64,000 nucleotides of DNA from Verrucomicrobiota bacterium (GTDB lineage: Bacteria; Verrucomicrobiota; Verrucomicrobiia; Limisphaerales; JADLHS01). The position numbers were made by a program, and so were the translations under genes. The notes under the pieces were generated by a model. The model searched no databases. It had not been told where the DNA came from and saw only the letters and a program-made list of their open reading frames with translations. Below are positions 10,107 to 19,804 of this stretch, piece after piece. Numbering within the stretch: the first letter of the stretch is position 1; every line of letters begins with the position of its first letter. The stretch lies in contig JASGKY010000013.1 in assembly GCA_049840435.1 (NCBI GenBank), forward strand, positions 4,252 to 68,251, read 5' to 3'.

Positions 10107-10832
10107 ATGAATAAGACGCAAATCATCTCGTTTCAAAATCCGGAGGAACTTGCCCGCATCGTTGCTGCCGCGTGGCTCAAGGAAATTGTCGTCGCTAATC
10201 AGGCGGGTCGCCCGCACTGTGTCGCGCTTTCCGGCGGCCGCATTACCCTGAAGTTTTTCGCCGCAATGATCGAAATGTCCCGGGCGCAAAATGTTTCGCT
10301 AGGGAATGTGCATTTCTTTTGGGCGGACGAGCGGTGCGTGCCGCCGACGGACAAGGAGAGCAGCTTTGGTGCGGCGAACGAAGCGTTCTTTCAGCCCCTT
10401 GGCATTGCGTCGGACCAAATTCACCGCGTGCTGGGCGAGGAATCTCCGGAGCGGGCAATGGAGCAAGCCAATGCAGAAATCAAGCGCGTCGTGCCGTTGA
10501 ACGCCATCGGCCAACCGGTTTTAGATTTGGTTTTTCTCGGTCTGGGAGAGGACGGGCATGTGGCGTCGCTTTTTCCGCGCGAGACCGAAGCGGAGCGGGC
10601 CAACCCGGCGGTGTATCGTCTCATCACCGACTCGCCCAAGCCGCCGCCGACGCGTGTGACACTGGGCTATCCCGCCATTGCCGCGGCAAAGGCAGTTTGG
10701 GTGCTGGCCTCCGGTGCCGGCAAAGAGACGGCGCTCCGGGATTCGCTGACGGTTGGGGGCAAGACGCCACTGAGTCGGGTGCTGCAGATGCGGGTGGGAA
10801 CGCGGATTTTTACCGATATTGCCCGGGCTTGA
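10107..10832 (+). CDS. pgl: 6-phosphogluconolactonase
   Basis: 'VALSGGRITLKFF', 'VHFFWADERCVPPTDKESSF', 'DLVFLGLGEDGHVASLFP' and 'RVTLGYPAIAAAKAVWVLASGAGK' are Pgl/DevB signatures. The start is taken at 'MNKTQIISF', an internal Met of ORF 10008..10832. Confidence 0.8.
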   Translation: MNKTQIISFQNPEELARIVAAAWLKEIVVANQAGRPHCVALSGGRITLKFFAAMIEMSRAQNVSLGNVHFFWADERCVPPTDKESSFGAANEAFFQPLGIASDQIHRVLGEESPERAMEQANAEIKRVVPLNAIGQPVLDLVFLGLGEDGHVASLFPRETEAERANPAVYRLITDSPKPPPTRVTLGYPAIAAAKAVWVLASGAGKETALRDSLTVGGKTPLSRVLQMRVGTRIFTDIARA

Positions 10833-10868
10833 GCCAGCTGGTTGCCCTGTAGCGTAAATCAACGCGGT

Positions 10869-12215
10869 CTACTTTGGTGGCGCGATGTAAATGCCGCTGC
10901 CATCGACTCCGTTCAAGATCATTTCCATCGTGCGTTGAATGGCGCCGAGATTCTGGCGCACCACTGCGACGCCGTTGCGGCCGAGCTGGTCGCGGCGGGT
11001 GGCATCGGTGAACAGTTGTGCTAGCACCGTTTCCAGTTCCTTTACGTCGGCCACTTGCACCACGGCATCCTGCGCTCGGAACAGGCTGACGACATCGGCA
11101 AAATTCTGCATGTTCGGTCCAAACACCGTGGCTTTGCCGAGCGCGCACGGTTCGATGGGATTTTGCCCACCTTCCGCCGTGAGGCTTTTGCCGACGAAGG
11201 CCACCGTGGCGTGTTCGTAAAAGAACTTCAGCTCCCCGGTTGTATTAACCACGAGACAATCCGCGGAAGCCGCCGGGGCATTGTCCGGGGCGTCTGCTGG
11301 CAGATTCATCCGCAGGACGTATTTCACGCCCTTCGCTTGGAGGTCGCGCTCGACTTCGCGCGTGCGTTCAAAATGTCGCGGCACGATGACGAGGAACAGA
11401 TCGGGGATTCGTTGACGGAGGCGGAGGAAAATTTCGCCGAGCAAAGATTCCTCGCCGTCGTGCGTGCTGCCGCAGACAAGGACGGGGGCGCCCGGCTTTG
11501 CGCCGGCCTGCCGGAGCAGGGCGGGGACGTTGAGCGTGCGGTGGTTTGTAGCCAGCGCTGCGTCGAACTTCATGCTACCCACCACACGCACGACTTCTGG
11601 CCGACAACCGATTTCCCGGAGGCGCGCAGCGTCGGTTTCCGTTTGTGCCCCGACGCCATCGAACGCCGCGAACAACGGTCGAAACAGGAAGCTGAAACGT
11701 TTGTAGCCGCGATAGGAACGGTCCGAGATGCGAGCATTGGCCAGAAAGAGCGGGATGCGCTGCGACTTCGCCCGCCAGATGAAGTTGGGCCAAATCTCCG
11801 CTTCGACGAGCACGATGGCAGACGGATGCACGACGGCTTGCGCGCGGGCGACGTAACTGCGGCGATCCACTGGGTAATAGATTTTGCTGACATGGGTCGG
11901 CAGGCGTTTCTTCAACTCACTCATGCCGGTGGTGGTGGTGGTAGAAACGACGATCTTGGCGTTAGGCAGGCGCGGTTCGAGCGCCTTGATGAGCTGGGTG
12001 CACAGGCCGACTTCGCCGACACTGACCGCATGTAGCCAGAGCGTCTGGCGATTGGTGAGAGCTTGTTTGAGCTTGGTATCGTAGTTGGCAAAGCGTTCGC
12101 CAAAGCCCGTGCGCCAATTGCCGCGTCGCCACATCCGCCAGAAATAATAGGGCGAGGACAACACAAAGCCGGTCAGGAACAAAATGTTATAGAGCGTGCG
12201 CACGTTTCCGATCAA
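10869..12215 (-). CDS. waaA: 3-deoxy-D-manno-octulosonic acid (Kdo) transferase
   Basis: 'LWLHAVSVGEVGLCTQLIKAL', 'STTTTTGMSELKKRLP', 'VEAEIWPNFI', 'VCGSTHDGEE' and 'GGQNPIEPCALGKATVFGPNMQNF' are canonical WaaA/KdtA blocks. Confidence 0.85.
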   Translation of the reverse strand: MIGNVRTLYNILFLTGFVLSSPYYFWRMWRRGNWRTGFGERFANYDTKLKQALTNRQTLWLHAVSVGEVGLCTQLIKALEPRLPNAKIVVSTTTTTGMSELKKRLPTHVSKIYYPVDRRSYVARAQAVVHPSAIVLVEAEIWPNFIWRAKSQRIPLFLANARISDRSYRGYKRFSFLFRPLFAAFDGVGAQTETDAARLREIGCRPEVVRVVGSMKFDAALATNHRTLNVPALLRQAGAKPGAPVLVCGSTHDGEESLLGEIFLRLRQRIPDLFLVIVPRHFERTREVERDLQAKGVKYVLRMNLPADAPDNAPAASADCLVVNTTGELKFFYEHATVAFVGKSLTAEGGQNPIEPCALGKATVFGPNMQNFADVVSLFRAQDAVVQVADVKELETVLAQLFTDATRRDQLGRNGVAVVRQNLGAIQRTMEMILNGVDGSGIYIAPPK

Positions 12216-12420
12216 ACCGTCGGTCGGCTAGTGTCGGAAAACCAAGCCCGGCGTAAAGAAAATGTTTTTCCATCCGGGCACTGGCGGCTGGTCCCGGCCG
12301 AAATGGGGCTCGACAGCCGGTCTGCGGGTGTTACTTTCGGCCCATCTCAGATGAAAGAAACCCGCGCAAGCGCTAGCTGTCGTTTTTTATTTCCACGTTC
12401 CGCCTAACGCCCCCAAATCT

Positions 12421-12852
12421 ATGTCAAAGCTCAAGATCGCTGCAGTGCTCGCCATCTTCATCGGGCCGGTGCTCATGGTAATGGCTTACCTTGAGAAGAA
12501 GGAATACGACAACATTGCTAAGAATGGCGTTGAAACCGTAGGTATCCCGATGGTCAAGACTGCGAGTGCTGGACGCAAAAGTTCCCGCACCTACAAGGTG
12601 GAGCTGGAGTATAAAGATGAAGTGGGCACGACTAAGAGTGCCACGCTCAAGATTTCCAAGGAGCTCTACGACCGCGTGGATGCCATGCCGGTGCTCCGGC
12701 TCAAATACCTGAAGGCTGACCCGAACCAGATGATTGTCGTGGGTTTCCCCAATTCTAGCGCGGGTGGAATCACTGGCGGTCTCGTGGTCTTCCTGCTCGG
12801 TGTCGGCGGCACGGCGTTTTTCTTCCTGCGTCCGGGCGCGCAGGAGGAGTGA
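12421..12852 (+). CDS. Small two-TM membrane protein (DUF3592-like)
   Basis: An N-terminal TM 'IAAVLAIFIGPVLMVMAYL' is followed by a beta-rich middle 'RTYKVELEYKDEVGTTKSATLKISKELY' and a C-terminal TM 'GGLVVFLLGVGGTAFFFL'. The architecture matches DUF3592; the assignment is from memory. Confidence 0.45.
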   Translation: MSKLKIAAVLAIFIGPVLMVMAYLEKKEYDNIAKNGVETVGIPMVKTASAGRKSSRTYKVELEYKDEVGTTKSATLKISKELYDRVDAMPVLRLKYLKADPNQMIVVGFPNSSAGGITGGLVVFLLGVGGTAFFFLRPGAQEE

Positions 12853-12867
12853 TCGGTTTGGAAACGA

Positions 12868-14259
12868 TTACTGTCCCGCGTAATACGTATCTACTTTCGC
12901 CGCCACGTCCTTGTAGCCGATGTCCGTTTCGTAGATCAGCTTGAACTGCTCGATGGCGTCCTCTTTCTTGCCCATCGTTTCGAGGATGCAGCCGAGCTGA
13001 TAGATCAATTCCTTCTTCTCCTCGTCGAGCGTCAACTTTTCCTTGATCGCTTCCTGCAGGGTCTTGGCCGCGAGGTCGTTCATTTTGCGCCGGGTAAAAC
13101 ACTGCGCCAGCCCGCTCATGGCGGCGATGCGCTTGTTTGGGTTGCCCTTGGCTTTCTGGAATTCCGCAATCGCCTCGCCGATCTTGCCCAGCCGCAGATA
13201 CAGCGTGCCCAACTCAAAGCGGAACGCGAGATCCGTCGGATATTTCTCCACCCGCTGCTGACATTCGCTGAGCTGGAAGGCCAGCTTTTCCTGCTGCAAG
13301 CGCTCTGTCTGTTCGGCGAAATCGGGCGCGGTCGGGTCCAGCAGTTCCGTCTGTTCATCGAGTTTTTTCAGCTTCACCTGCGCGATGGCCTGATCCAGGG
13401 AGGCATCGCTGCCGGCGGCTTTCAGCTTGGCGTAATACTCCAGCGCGCGGTCGAACATTTTCCGTTGCGTATAAAGCTCCGCCAGCGAGCGTAGCAGTTT
13501 GGGATTGTGGCCCTCAGTTTGGAGGCGGCTTTCGTATTCGCGCACCAGCCGGTCGTTCCCGTCTTCCGTTTTCTGCACACGCTGTTCCTGCTCCAGCGCC
13601 GCCGCCTCGGCCTCATTGCGCAGAATATCGCGGTAGGAACTGCCTTCCTCCTCCGCCTTGTGATAACCACCCTCGTTCAACGTGCGCGCGGCCGAACTGT
13701 TCTTCAGTGCCTGGTTCACGTCGGGATCGGTCGGATGGGCGGCACGCAAATCAATTAGCACCCGCTCTGCTAGCTTCACCTCGCCGATCTGGCCGAGGAA
13801 TTCCGCAAATTGGATGGTCGTGTTTTTGTCCTTGGGATTCTGTTCCCACAAAAATTCGAGCGACATTACTGCTGTGCGGGGCATGTCCAGCGCGGCGGCC
13901 GCTTGCACGATGATCTTGTGCGCCTGGGTGCTCTTGGCGTCAGCGTTCAACACCTGCTCGGCGATGGCCAGGGCTTCGAGCGGGTTGCTGTTCAACGCCA
14001 GTTGCGCCTTGGCGATCTGGGGGGCTGAGCCGGCGCTGCTGAAAACTTTTTTGAAGAACCCGCCGCCCTTTGCCGCCGCTCGGCCTTGCTGCGCCTTGCG
14101 CAAGGCTTTGCGCACCTCAACCACTTCCGGCGCCCGGGCGATGACTTGCATCAGCAGATCAATCGCATAATCAAAATTCTCCCGGCCCAGTGCGTCGTTC
14201 GCCTTGGTGAACAACGGTCGGACCTCCCGCGGAATATCACTCAAACTCTTCTCTGGCAT
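12868..14259 (-). CDS. Tetratricopeptide-repeat (TPR) protein
   Basis: The 463-aa ORF has recurring TPR-like A/L/Y-spaced helices, for example 'LRSLAELYTQRKMFDRALEYYAKL', 'FELGTLYLRLGKIGEAIAEFQKA' and 'LIYQLGCILETMGKKEDAIEQFKLI'. Confidence 0.7.
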   Translation of the reverse strand: MPEKSLSDIPREVRPLFTKANDALGRENFDYAIDLLMQVIARAPEVVEVRKALRKAQQGRAAAKGGGFFKKVFSSAGSAPQIAKAQLALNSNPLEALAIAEQVLNADAKSTQAHKIIVQAAAALDMPRTAVMSLEFLWEQNPKDKNTTIQFAEFLGQIGEVKLAERVLIDLRAAHPTDPDVNQALKNSSAARTLNEGGYHKAEEEGSSYRDILRNEAEAAALEQEQRVQKTEDGNDRLVREYESRLQTEGHNPKLLRSLAELYTQRKMFDRALEYYAKLKAAGSDASLDQAIAQVKLKKLDEQTELLDPTAPDFAEQTERLQQEKLAFQLSECQQRVEKYPTDLAFRFELGTLYLRLGKIGEAIAEFQKAKGNPNKRIAAMSGLAQCFTRRKMNDLAAKTLQEAIKEKLTLDEEKKELIYQLGCILETMGKKEDAIEQFKLIYETDIGYKDVAAKVDTYYAGQ

Positions 14260-14354
14260 GGCGGGAAAATCTAAACCAAGCGCGGTGCGAAAAGCGAATT
14301 GAAACTTGGCGGAGCGATATTTGACTCGCGCCGCCTACCGCTTACGCTTCCGGC

Positions 14355-15356
14355 GTGCTGTTGGACATTCAATTCACCCGCGCCGGGATTCACCTGCCGC
14401 AACTGGGCTTGTGGCTGGACGCGCACCGTCGCATTCGTGGTAACGAACGCGTATTCGTTAGTCACGCGCACGCCGACCATATTGCGGCGCATGATGACGT
14501 GTTGCTGACGGAGGCGACCTCCCTCTTCATGCGCACGCGGCTGCCGGGGAGACGTCGCGAGCAGCATCTAGTCTTCGGACAGCGGACGGAACACAAATTC
14601 GGTGGTGAAATATTTACCCTTACTGCCTTGCCAGCTGGACACATCCTTGGCAGTGCCATGGCCTTCATCGAGTGGCGGGAGGAAACTTTGCTGTACACAG
14701 GCGACTTCAAGTTGCGCCCCAGCCTCGCGGCGGAGAAGCCTGAGGTGCGTTGTGCCGACTGGCTCATCATGGAAACGACCTTTGGTTTGCCGCGCTATCA
14801 ATTCCCGCCGGAGGAAAAGGTGCGGGCGGATATGGTGAAGTTTTGTAGTGAGACATTGGCGGACGGCGCGACGCCTGTGCTCTACGGCTACTCGCTTGGC
14901 AAAAGTCAGGAAATTTTACGCAGCCTGGCTGGGGTAGGTTTGCCCGTGATGCTCCAACGTGATGTGCGCAAGATGACGAAACTCTACGAAAAGCTCGGTA
15001 TGACTTTTCCGCCGCATGAAGTATTTGAACCCGAGGCTGCGCGTGGCAAGGTTATCATTGCGCCGCCGAATTCGCTCAAGACGTTGCAGAAGTTGGCGCT
15101 CGACCCGATGCGCAGCGCGGCGATTACCGGTTGGGCAATGGATTCCAGTTGCCGCTACCGTTCGGGAACGGATGCGGCCTTTCCACTGAGCGATCACGCA
15201 GACTATGATGGCTTGTTGGAACTGGTGAAACTGGTGCAGCCCAAGAAAGTGTTTACGATCCACGGCTTTACCCGGGAATTTGCCCAAACCCTGCGCGCGC
15301 AAGGCGTGGATGCTGTTGCCCCTGGGTGCCATGAACAGTTAAGGTTGACACTATGA
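14355..15356 (+). CDS. MBL-fold / beta-CASP-like exonuclease (ligase-associated DNA-damage-response exonuclease-like)
   Basis: 'VFVSHAHADHIA' is the HxHxDH motif. 'LPAGHILGSAMAFIE', 'LLYTGDFK', 'LIMETTFG', 'PLSDHADYDGLLELV' and 'VFTIHG' follow. The subfamily call is from memory. Confidence 0.55.
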   Translation: MLLDIQFTRAGIHLPQLGLWLDAHRRIRGNERVFVSHAHADHIAAHDDVLLTEATSLFMRTRLPGRRREQHLVFGQRTEHKFGGEIFTLTALPAGHILGSAMAFIEWREETLLYTGDFKLRPSLAAEKPEVRCADWLIMETTFGLPRYQFPPEEKVRADMVKFCSETLADGATPVLYGYSLGKSQEILRSLAGVGLPVMLQRDVRKMTKLYEKLGMTFPPHEVFEPEAARGKVIIAPPNSLKTLQKLALDPMRSAAITGWAMDSSCRYRSGTDAAFPLSDHADYDGLLELVKLVQPKKVFTIHGFTREFAQTLRAQGVDAVAPGCHEQLRLTL

Positions 15357-15449
15357 ACCTTGAGTTAAAGCCAAGGCAGCGCAAGTGGCTCACTAGTCGC
15401 ACTTGAAGTATCACCGTTCGGGGCTTTAGAGTAGTAACGATCGTGAAGT

Positions 15450-16211
15450 ATGAAACCAAAATGGTTTATCGCGCGAGTCGGTGTCCGACATCAAATCGGA
15501 TTTACGTTGGTTGAACTTTTAGTCGCAATTGCTGTAATTGCTAGTCTTGTCGCCATGCTGTTGCCGGCTCTTAACAAGGCAAAAGTAAGAGCACAGCGAG
15601 TTCAGTGTGTGTCCAATCTTCACCAGCAAGGACTGGCTTGCGTCATGTATGTTGCAGACAACGCTGATCGGTTCCCGAACGTACAAAACATTCCAGACCT
15701 GACATATTATTCTTGGGGTGGCAAGGAAGGGAACGAAGTGCCTGTGACAGGCAATCAACTTCGGCTGTTGAATCCATACATTGGGAAAAGTGGCCTTGTG
15801 ACCACCAACGAAGCTGGTGCCGCCCGAGCATTTCTTTGCCCGAGTGACAATGGGGCTAGAGCAGGAGTGTGGCGGGATCGCCTGCCTACTGTGTTCGACA
15901 ACCACGGGAGCAGTTATCTCTATAACGCCAGTGCCAATTCCAACGAACGAACGCTCGGACTCATGATGCGCCGGAGCAGCGACATCAAATCATCAACAAA
16001 GATAATCTTGGCGAATGATTTTTCAGCAAACTGTTATTTCGGCTTCGACAGCTTCGGCACGGTTTTCCAATTCATGTACTGGCACGATAAGGGACGGCTG
16101 GGTTACGGCAACGTGCTGTTTGTAGATGGTCATGTAAACTATCTCGGACTCAAATCTGCCGAGCCGGACTTCCGTCGCGGAGCAAACTGGTCCTTTGTCT
16201 GGAGTGACTAA
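15450..16211 (+). CDS. Prepilin-type N-terminal cleavage/methylation domain protein (DUF1559/H-X9-DG-like)
   Basis: '[25 protein letters not shown]' is followed by the C-terminal '[24 protein letters not shown]', typical of PVC prepilin-like proteins. The ORF is intact. Confidence 0.8.
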   Translation: MKPKWFIARVGVRHQIGFTLVELLVAIAVIASLVAMLLPALNKAKVRAQRVQCVSNLHQQGLACVMYVADNADRFPNVQNIPDLTYYSWGGKEGNEVPVTGNQLRLLNPYIGKSGLVTTNEAGAARAFLCPSDNGARAGVWRDRLPTVFDNHGSSYLYNASANSNERTLGLMMRRSSDIKSSTKIILANDFSANCYFGFDSFGTVFQFMYWHDKGRLGYGNVLFVDGHVNYLGLKSAEPDFRRGANWSFVWSD

Positions 16212-16608
16212 CCCTCTTTTGGCTGTTAGTGGTAGTTGGTCAATATTCCAATGCCAACAGCCTGGATGGGATGACAGCGTCTCGGCGTAAAGCCTAAGCT
16301 GCTTGTTCCGGGGATTTCACGCGTTCGTAACACGTTCGTAACACAGGTGTGCGTTATTATCTGTGTGACAACATGTCGCCATCATCGGTTTCAAGTGCCT
16401 CGCGAAGATGCGGATGAGTTTCGTGCATCAGATGCCGAGTCATGCGCGCTTTGCGATGATCGGAAAGCCTTGTTCCAGACGATTGTGTGGTCGTCAGCCG
16501 TGTTGAACCCAAAGCCGAGGAGTTTGTTTGCTGGCCTTCGCAAACGAGTAGCAGGCTTGTTCAGATCGGAAACGCACAATTTGCCGACGCCACTTTCGCG
16601 CCCGTGCT

Positions 16609-16644
16609 AAAAGGAAAAGCGGCAGGCATCGCTGCTCGCCGCTT
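16609..16644 (-). terminator. Probable terminator of the cys operon
   Basis: The minus strand reads aagcggc-gagcagcgatgcct-gccgctt followed by ttcctttt, 19 nt after the cysN stop. Confidence 0.45.
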
Positions 16645-16662
16645 GAAACTTCTGCCCGTCGC

Positions 16663-17982
16663 TCAGATCGCGAAGTCCGTGTATTCCGGCTTCACCGCTT
16701 CCAAGGGCGGGAACAACATTCCCGCGCCCACCGTCAGGTTCGTGCCTTGTTCGATGAGGATGATCGAGCCGGTGAGCCGGTTCGTCGTGTAGCCGTCGTA
16801 AACCAGTGGCTTGGCTGTTTTCACGCGGATGACCCCGATGTCGTTGATCTTGAGTTCGGTTGGGTCTTCTTCGAGGTCGAAGGTGTTCATGTTGTAGCGA
16901 CCTTCGATCTGCGAAACGATGGCTTGCACCGTTTGCGTGCCGTGCTTGAGGAAATATTTTTTCCCCGGCTGCAACCCGCGTTGATTCATCCAGCAAACGC
17001 GCGCTTGAAATTCCGAGCCCATGCCGGGCGGATTTTCCAAACCGATGATCATGTCGCCGCGACTGATGTCCACGTCGTGTTCCAGGCAGAGCGTCACGGA
17101 TTGTGGACAGAATGCTTCCTCCTTCGAGCCGTCGTAGGTCCAGATGTCTTTGATCTTGGTCTTGATGCCGCCGGGTAAAACCACGACCTGCTGACCTTTG
17201 CGCACGATGCCGCTGGCGATCTGACCGCTCAGGCCGCGGAAATCATGCAGTGCGTGATCAGTTGGGTTGTTTGGGCGATTCACCCATTGCACCGGGAAAC
17301 GAAACGCGCTGAGATTCCAGTCGCTCGCGATGTGGACGGTTTCGAGATGCGCCAGCAACGTCGGGCCGGGATACCACGGCGTGTGCTTCGAGGTGTCTAC
17401 GACGTTGTCACCGTTGAGCGCGCTGATCGGGATGAACTTCACATCGCGGAACACGTCGAGCTTGGGCAGGAAACCTTCGATTTCGTCGCGGATTTCCGTG
17501 AAACGGGCTTCGCTCCAATCCACGAGGTCCATCTTATTGATGGCGATGACGAGATGCGGAATGCCGAGCATCGCGGCGATGAACGTATGGCGGCGGGTCT
17601 GTTCAATCACACCTTGGCGCGCGTCCACCAGCACGATGGAAAGATTCGCCGTGCTCGCGCCGGTGACCATGTTGCGGGTGTATTGCACGTGGCCCGGCGT
17701 GTCGGCGACGATGAATTTCCGCTTCGGCGTGGCGAAGTAGCGATAGGCGACGTCAATCGTGATGCCCTGCTCGCGTTCGGCGCGGAGGCCGTCAGTGAGA
17801 TTGGCGAGATTAATCTGGCCGCCGCCGGTGATGTCGGCGGATTTTTCCAACGCTTCGACCTGATCTTCCATCAACGACTTCGAGTCGTAAAGCAAGCGAC
17901 CGATGAGCGTGGACTTGCCATCGTCTACCGAGCCGCAGGTGTTGAAGCGTAAAAGTTCGATTGAATGAGAGGAATGGGACAT
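16663..17982 (-). CDS. cysN: Sulfate adenylyltransferase subunit 1 (GTPase), no fused APS-kinase domain
   Basis: 'FNTCGSVDDGKSTLIGRLLYDS' (G1), 'DTPGHVQYTRNMVTGAS' and 'AINKMDLV'. Length is 439 aa, and the protein ends after the EF-Tu-like beta-barrels. Confidence 0.9.
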   Translation of the reverse strand: MSHSSHSIELLRFNTCGSVDDGKSTLIGRLLYDSKSLMEDQVEALEKSADITGGGQINLANLTDGLRAEREQGITIDVAYRYFATPKRKFIVADTPGHVQYTRNMVTGASTANLSIVLVDARQGVIEQTRRHTFIAAMLGIPHLVIAINKMDLVDWSEARFTEIRDEIEGFLPKLDVFRDVKFIPISALNGDNVVDTSKHTPWYPGPTLLAHLETVHIASDWNLSAFRFPVQWVNRPNNPTDHALHDFRGLSGQIASGIVRKGQQVVVLPGGIKTKIKDIWTYDGSKEEAFCPQSVTLCLEHDVDISRGDMIIGLENPPGMGSEFQARVCWMNQRGLQPGKKYFLKHGTQTVQAIVSQIEGRYNMNTFDLEEDPTELKINDIGVIRVKTAKPLVYDGYTTNRLTGSIILIEQGTNLTVGAGMLFPPLEAVKPEYTDFAI

Positions 17983-18000
17983 GAGAAAAATCCTTCTGAC

Positions 18001-18939
18001 TTAGAAATAACCTGCTTTCTTGCGGTCTTCCATCGCCGCTTCGCTGGCTTTGTCGTCGGCGCGCGTGCCGCGTTCGGTCACACGGGCGGCGGCGACTTCA
18101 CCGATGATGTCGTCCACGCTGTCGGCAGGTGATTCGATCATGCCGGTGCTGATCATGTCCGCGATGGTGCGGACGCGGCAAATCATCTTCTTGATCGGTT
18201 CAGTCGGTTTCGGACGAGCGCCGGCATACGGATCAGGCTTCGTTGTGTCGGTGTGCGGTGGCGGCACGGGCAACCACTGGCCGCCGCGCCGGAAGCACTC
18301 GCGTTCGTGACTAAAGTAAATCGTCGGCACGGCGAGCTGCTCGCGTTTGATGTATTGCCACACGTCCATCTCAGTCCAGTTCGAGAGCGGGAACACACGC
18401 ATGTTTTCGCCGGGATTTACGCGGGCGTTGTAGAGATTCCAGATTTCCGGGCGCTGCGCTTTGGGATCCCATTGCCCAAAGCTGTCGCGGAAGCTGAAGA
18501 AACGTTCCTTGGCACGAGCCTTTTCTTCGTCACGGCGTGCGCCGCCGATGGCGCAGTCGAATTGAAATTCTTCGATCGCTCCAAGCAGCACGGGAATCTG
18601 CAGCTTGTTGCGGCTGATCTCGCCGGGCGCTGGATGGGCCTGACCTTTGGCGATGGCCTCATCCACGGTGCGCACGATGAGCTTCGCCCCCAGCTCCTTG
18701 GCGCGGCTGTCGCGGAAAGAGATCAACTCGGGAAACTCGTGGCCGGTTTCGACGTTCAGAAACGGCATCGGAATGTCCGCCGGACGAAACGCTTTCTCGG
18801 CGAGGCGCAGGAGGCAGATGGAATCTTTGCCGCCCGAAAAGAGCAGGGTGGGTCGTTCGAACTCGCCTGCGACTTCACGCATAATGTGAATCGCCTCGGT
18901 TTCCAAGTACTGCAGGTGATCTAAATGATATGAACTCAT
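18001..18939 (-). CDS. cysD: Sulfate adenylyltransferase subunit 2
   Basis: 'LLFSGGKDSICLLRLAEKAF' is the PP-loop. 'GGARRDEEKARAKERFFSFRD' and 'RVFPLSNWTEMDVWQYI' follow. Confidence 0.9.
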   Translation of the reverse strand: MSSYHLDHLQYLETEAIHIMREVAGEFERPTLLFSGGKDSICLLRLAEKAFRPADIPMPFLNVETGHEFPELISFRDSRAKELGAKLIVRTVDEAIAKGQAHPAPGEISRNKLQIPVLLGAIEEFQFDCAIGGARRDEEKARAKERFFSFRDSFGQWDPKAQRPEIWNLYNARVNPGENMRVFPLSNWTEMDVWQYIKREQLAVPTIYFSHERECFRRGGQWLPVPPPHTDTTKPDPYAGARPKPTEPIKKMICRVRTIADMISTGMIESPADSVDDIIGEVAAARVTERGTRADDKASEAAMEDRKKAGYF

Positions 18940-18953
18940 GTCGAAATTGTTTT

Positions 18954-19129
18954 AACCACGGATGGACACTGATTCACACGGATGAAAACCGGTTTGACGC
19001 GAATTGTGCGAATTACCGCGAATGGGAAAAGTCGTTCCTCCATTAGCATCAATTGGCGTAATTCGCGTCGAATGTTTTGTCCTTTCTGAATCCGTGTTCA
19101 TCCGTGTCTATCCGTGTCTATCCGTGGTT
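18954..19129. repeat. 176-bp nested inverted-repeat element filling the cysH-cysD intergenic region
   Basis: Outer arms 18954-18986 (aaccacggatggacactgattcacacggatgaa) and 19097-19129 (reverse complement aaccacggatagacacggatagacacggatgaa) match at 29/33 positions. The inner inverted repeat is gacgcgaatt (18996-19005) / aattcgcgtc (19060-19069). The right arm is itself a 10-bp tandem (catccgtgt/ctatccgtgt/ctatccgtgg). Confidence 0.8.
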
Positions 19130-19134
19130 GAAAT

Positions 19135-19800
19135 TCAGGCTGCCGCCGCCGCTTTGCCGCCCCAAGCCGCGTGCAGACCGCACTCGCGCTTCTCGTCGGC
19201 TTTAGCCGGATCAAAATAATCCCACTCGTTCGGGAGATTGTGCTCCTTGAGGTAGGCTTCCATCTCCACGTCGCTCCAGTAGAACACGGGGCTGACCTTG
19301 ATGGTGTTGAAATTTGTGTCGGCGACCACAATATCCAGTCCGGCGCGATTCGGGTTCTGCACCTTGCGCAAGGCGGTGAGCCAGATAGTCGGCGCGAGTT
19401 CCTTCATGCCGCGCATGAACGGTTCGAGCTTCATCACGGCGCTGAAATCTTTGATGCGCTGTTCATTCTCGGGCGTCGGCTCAGGCGCACCGCCGTAAGC
19501 TGCATCGTAATGCGCCGCGGTGACTTTCGGCACAAATGCCTTCACGTTCAGCTTGAGTTGCTTCTTCAGCGCCTCGGCGTGCTTGTAAGTCGCGGGGCGA
19601 TTGTAGCCGTGGTCCGCCCACAATACCTGGATGTCCGGCTGCGCCTGCGTCGCGAGATGCAGGATGACGGCTTCGTACGGGCGATAATTCGTCGAGACGA
19701 TGGCGCGGCCATTGGCTTGCGCGATGGCCCACTTCACGATGTCGAGGGCAGATTTGTTGCGCAACTCGACGTTGGCTTTCGAGATTTGTTCGGGAGTCAT
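19135..19800 (-). CDS. cysH: Phosphoadenosine phosphosulfate (PAPS)-type reductase family protein
   Basis: Starts at 'MTPEQISKANVEL', an internal Met of ORF 19135..20106. 'IVSTNYRPYEAVILHLA' and the C-terminal 'KRECGLHAAWG' catalytic motif are present. There is no CC..CxxC Fe-S cysteine set. Confidence 0.8.
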   Translation of the reverse strand: MTPEQISKANVELRNKSALDIVKWAIAQANGRAIVSTNYRPYEAVILHLATQAQPDIQVLWADHGYNRPATYKHAEALKKQLKLNVKAFVPKVTAAHYDAAYGGAPEPTPENEQRIKDFSAVMKLEPFMRGMKELAPTIWLTALRKVQNPNRAGLDIVVADTNFNTIKVSPVFYWSDVEMEAYLKEHNLPNEWDYFDPAKADEKRECGLHAAWGGKAAAAA

Positions 19801-19804
19801 GAAA

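Noticed and set aside
19091-19129. Short tandem repeats (10-bp units at 19097-19129, 18-bp units at 1743-1796, 11-bp units at 16322-16343) as CRISPR-like arrays
   Set aside because: The units are contiguous with no spacers, have only 2-3 copies, and are far shorter than CRISPR repeats. No cas genes are present.
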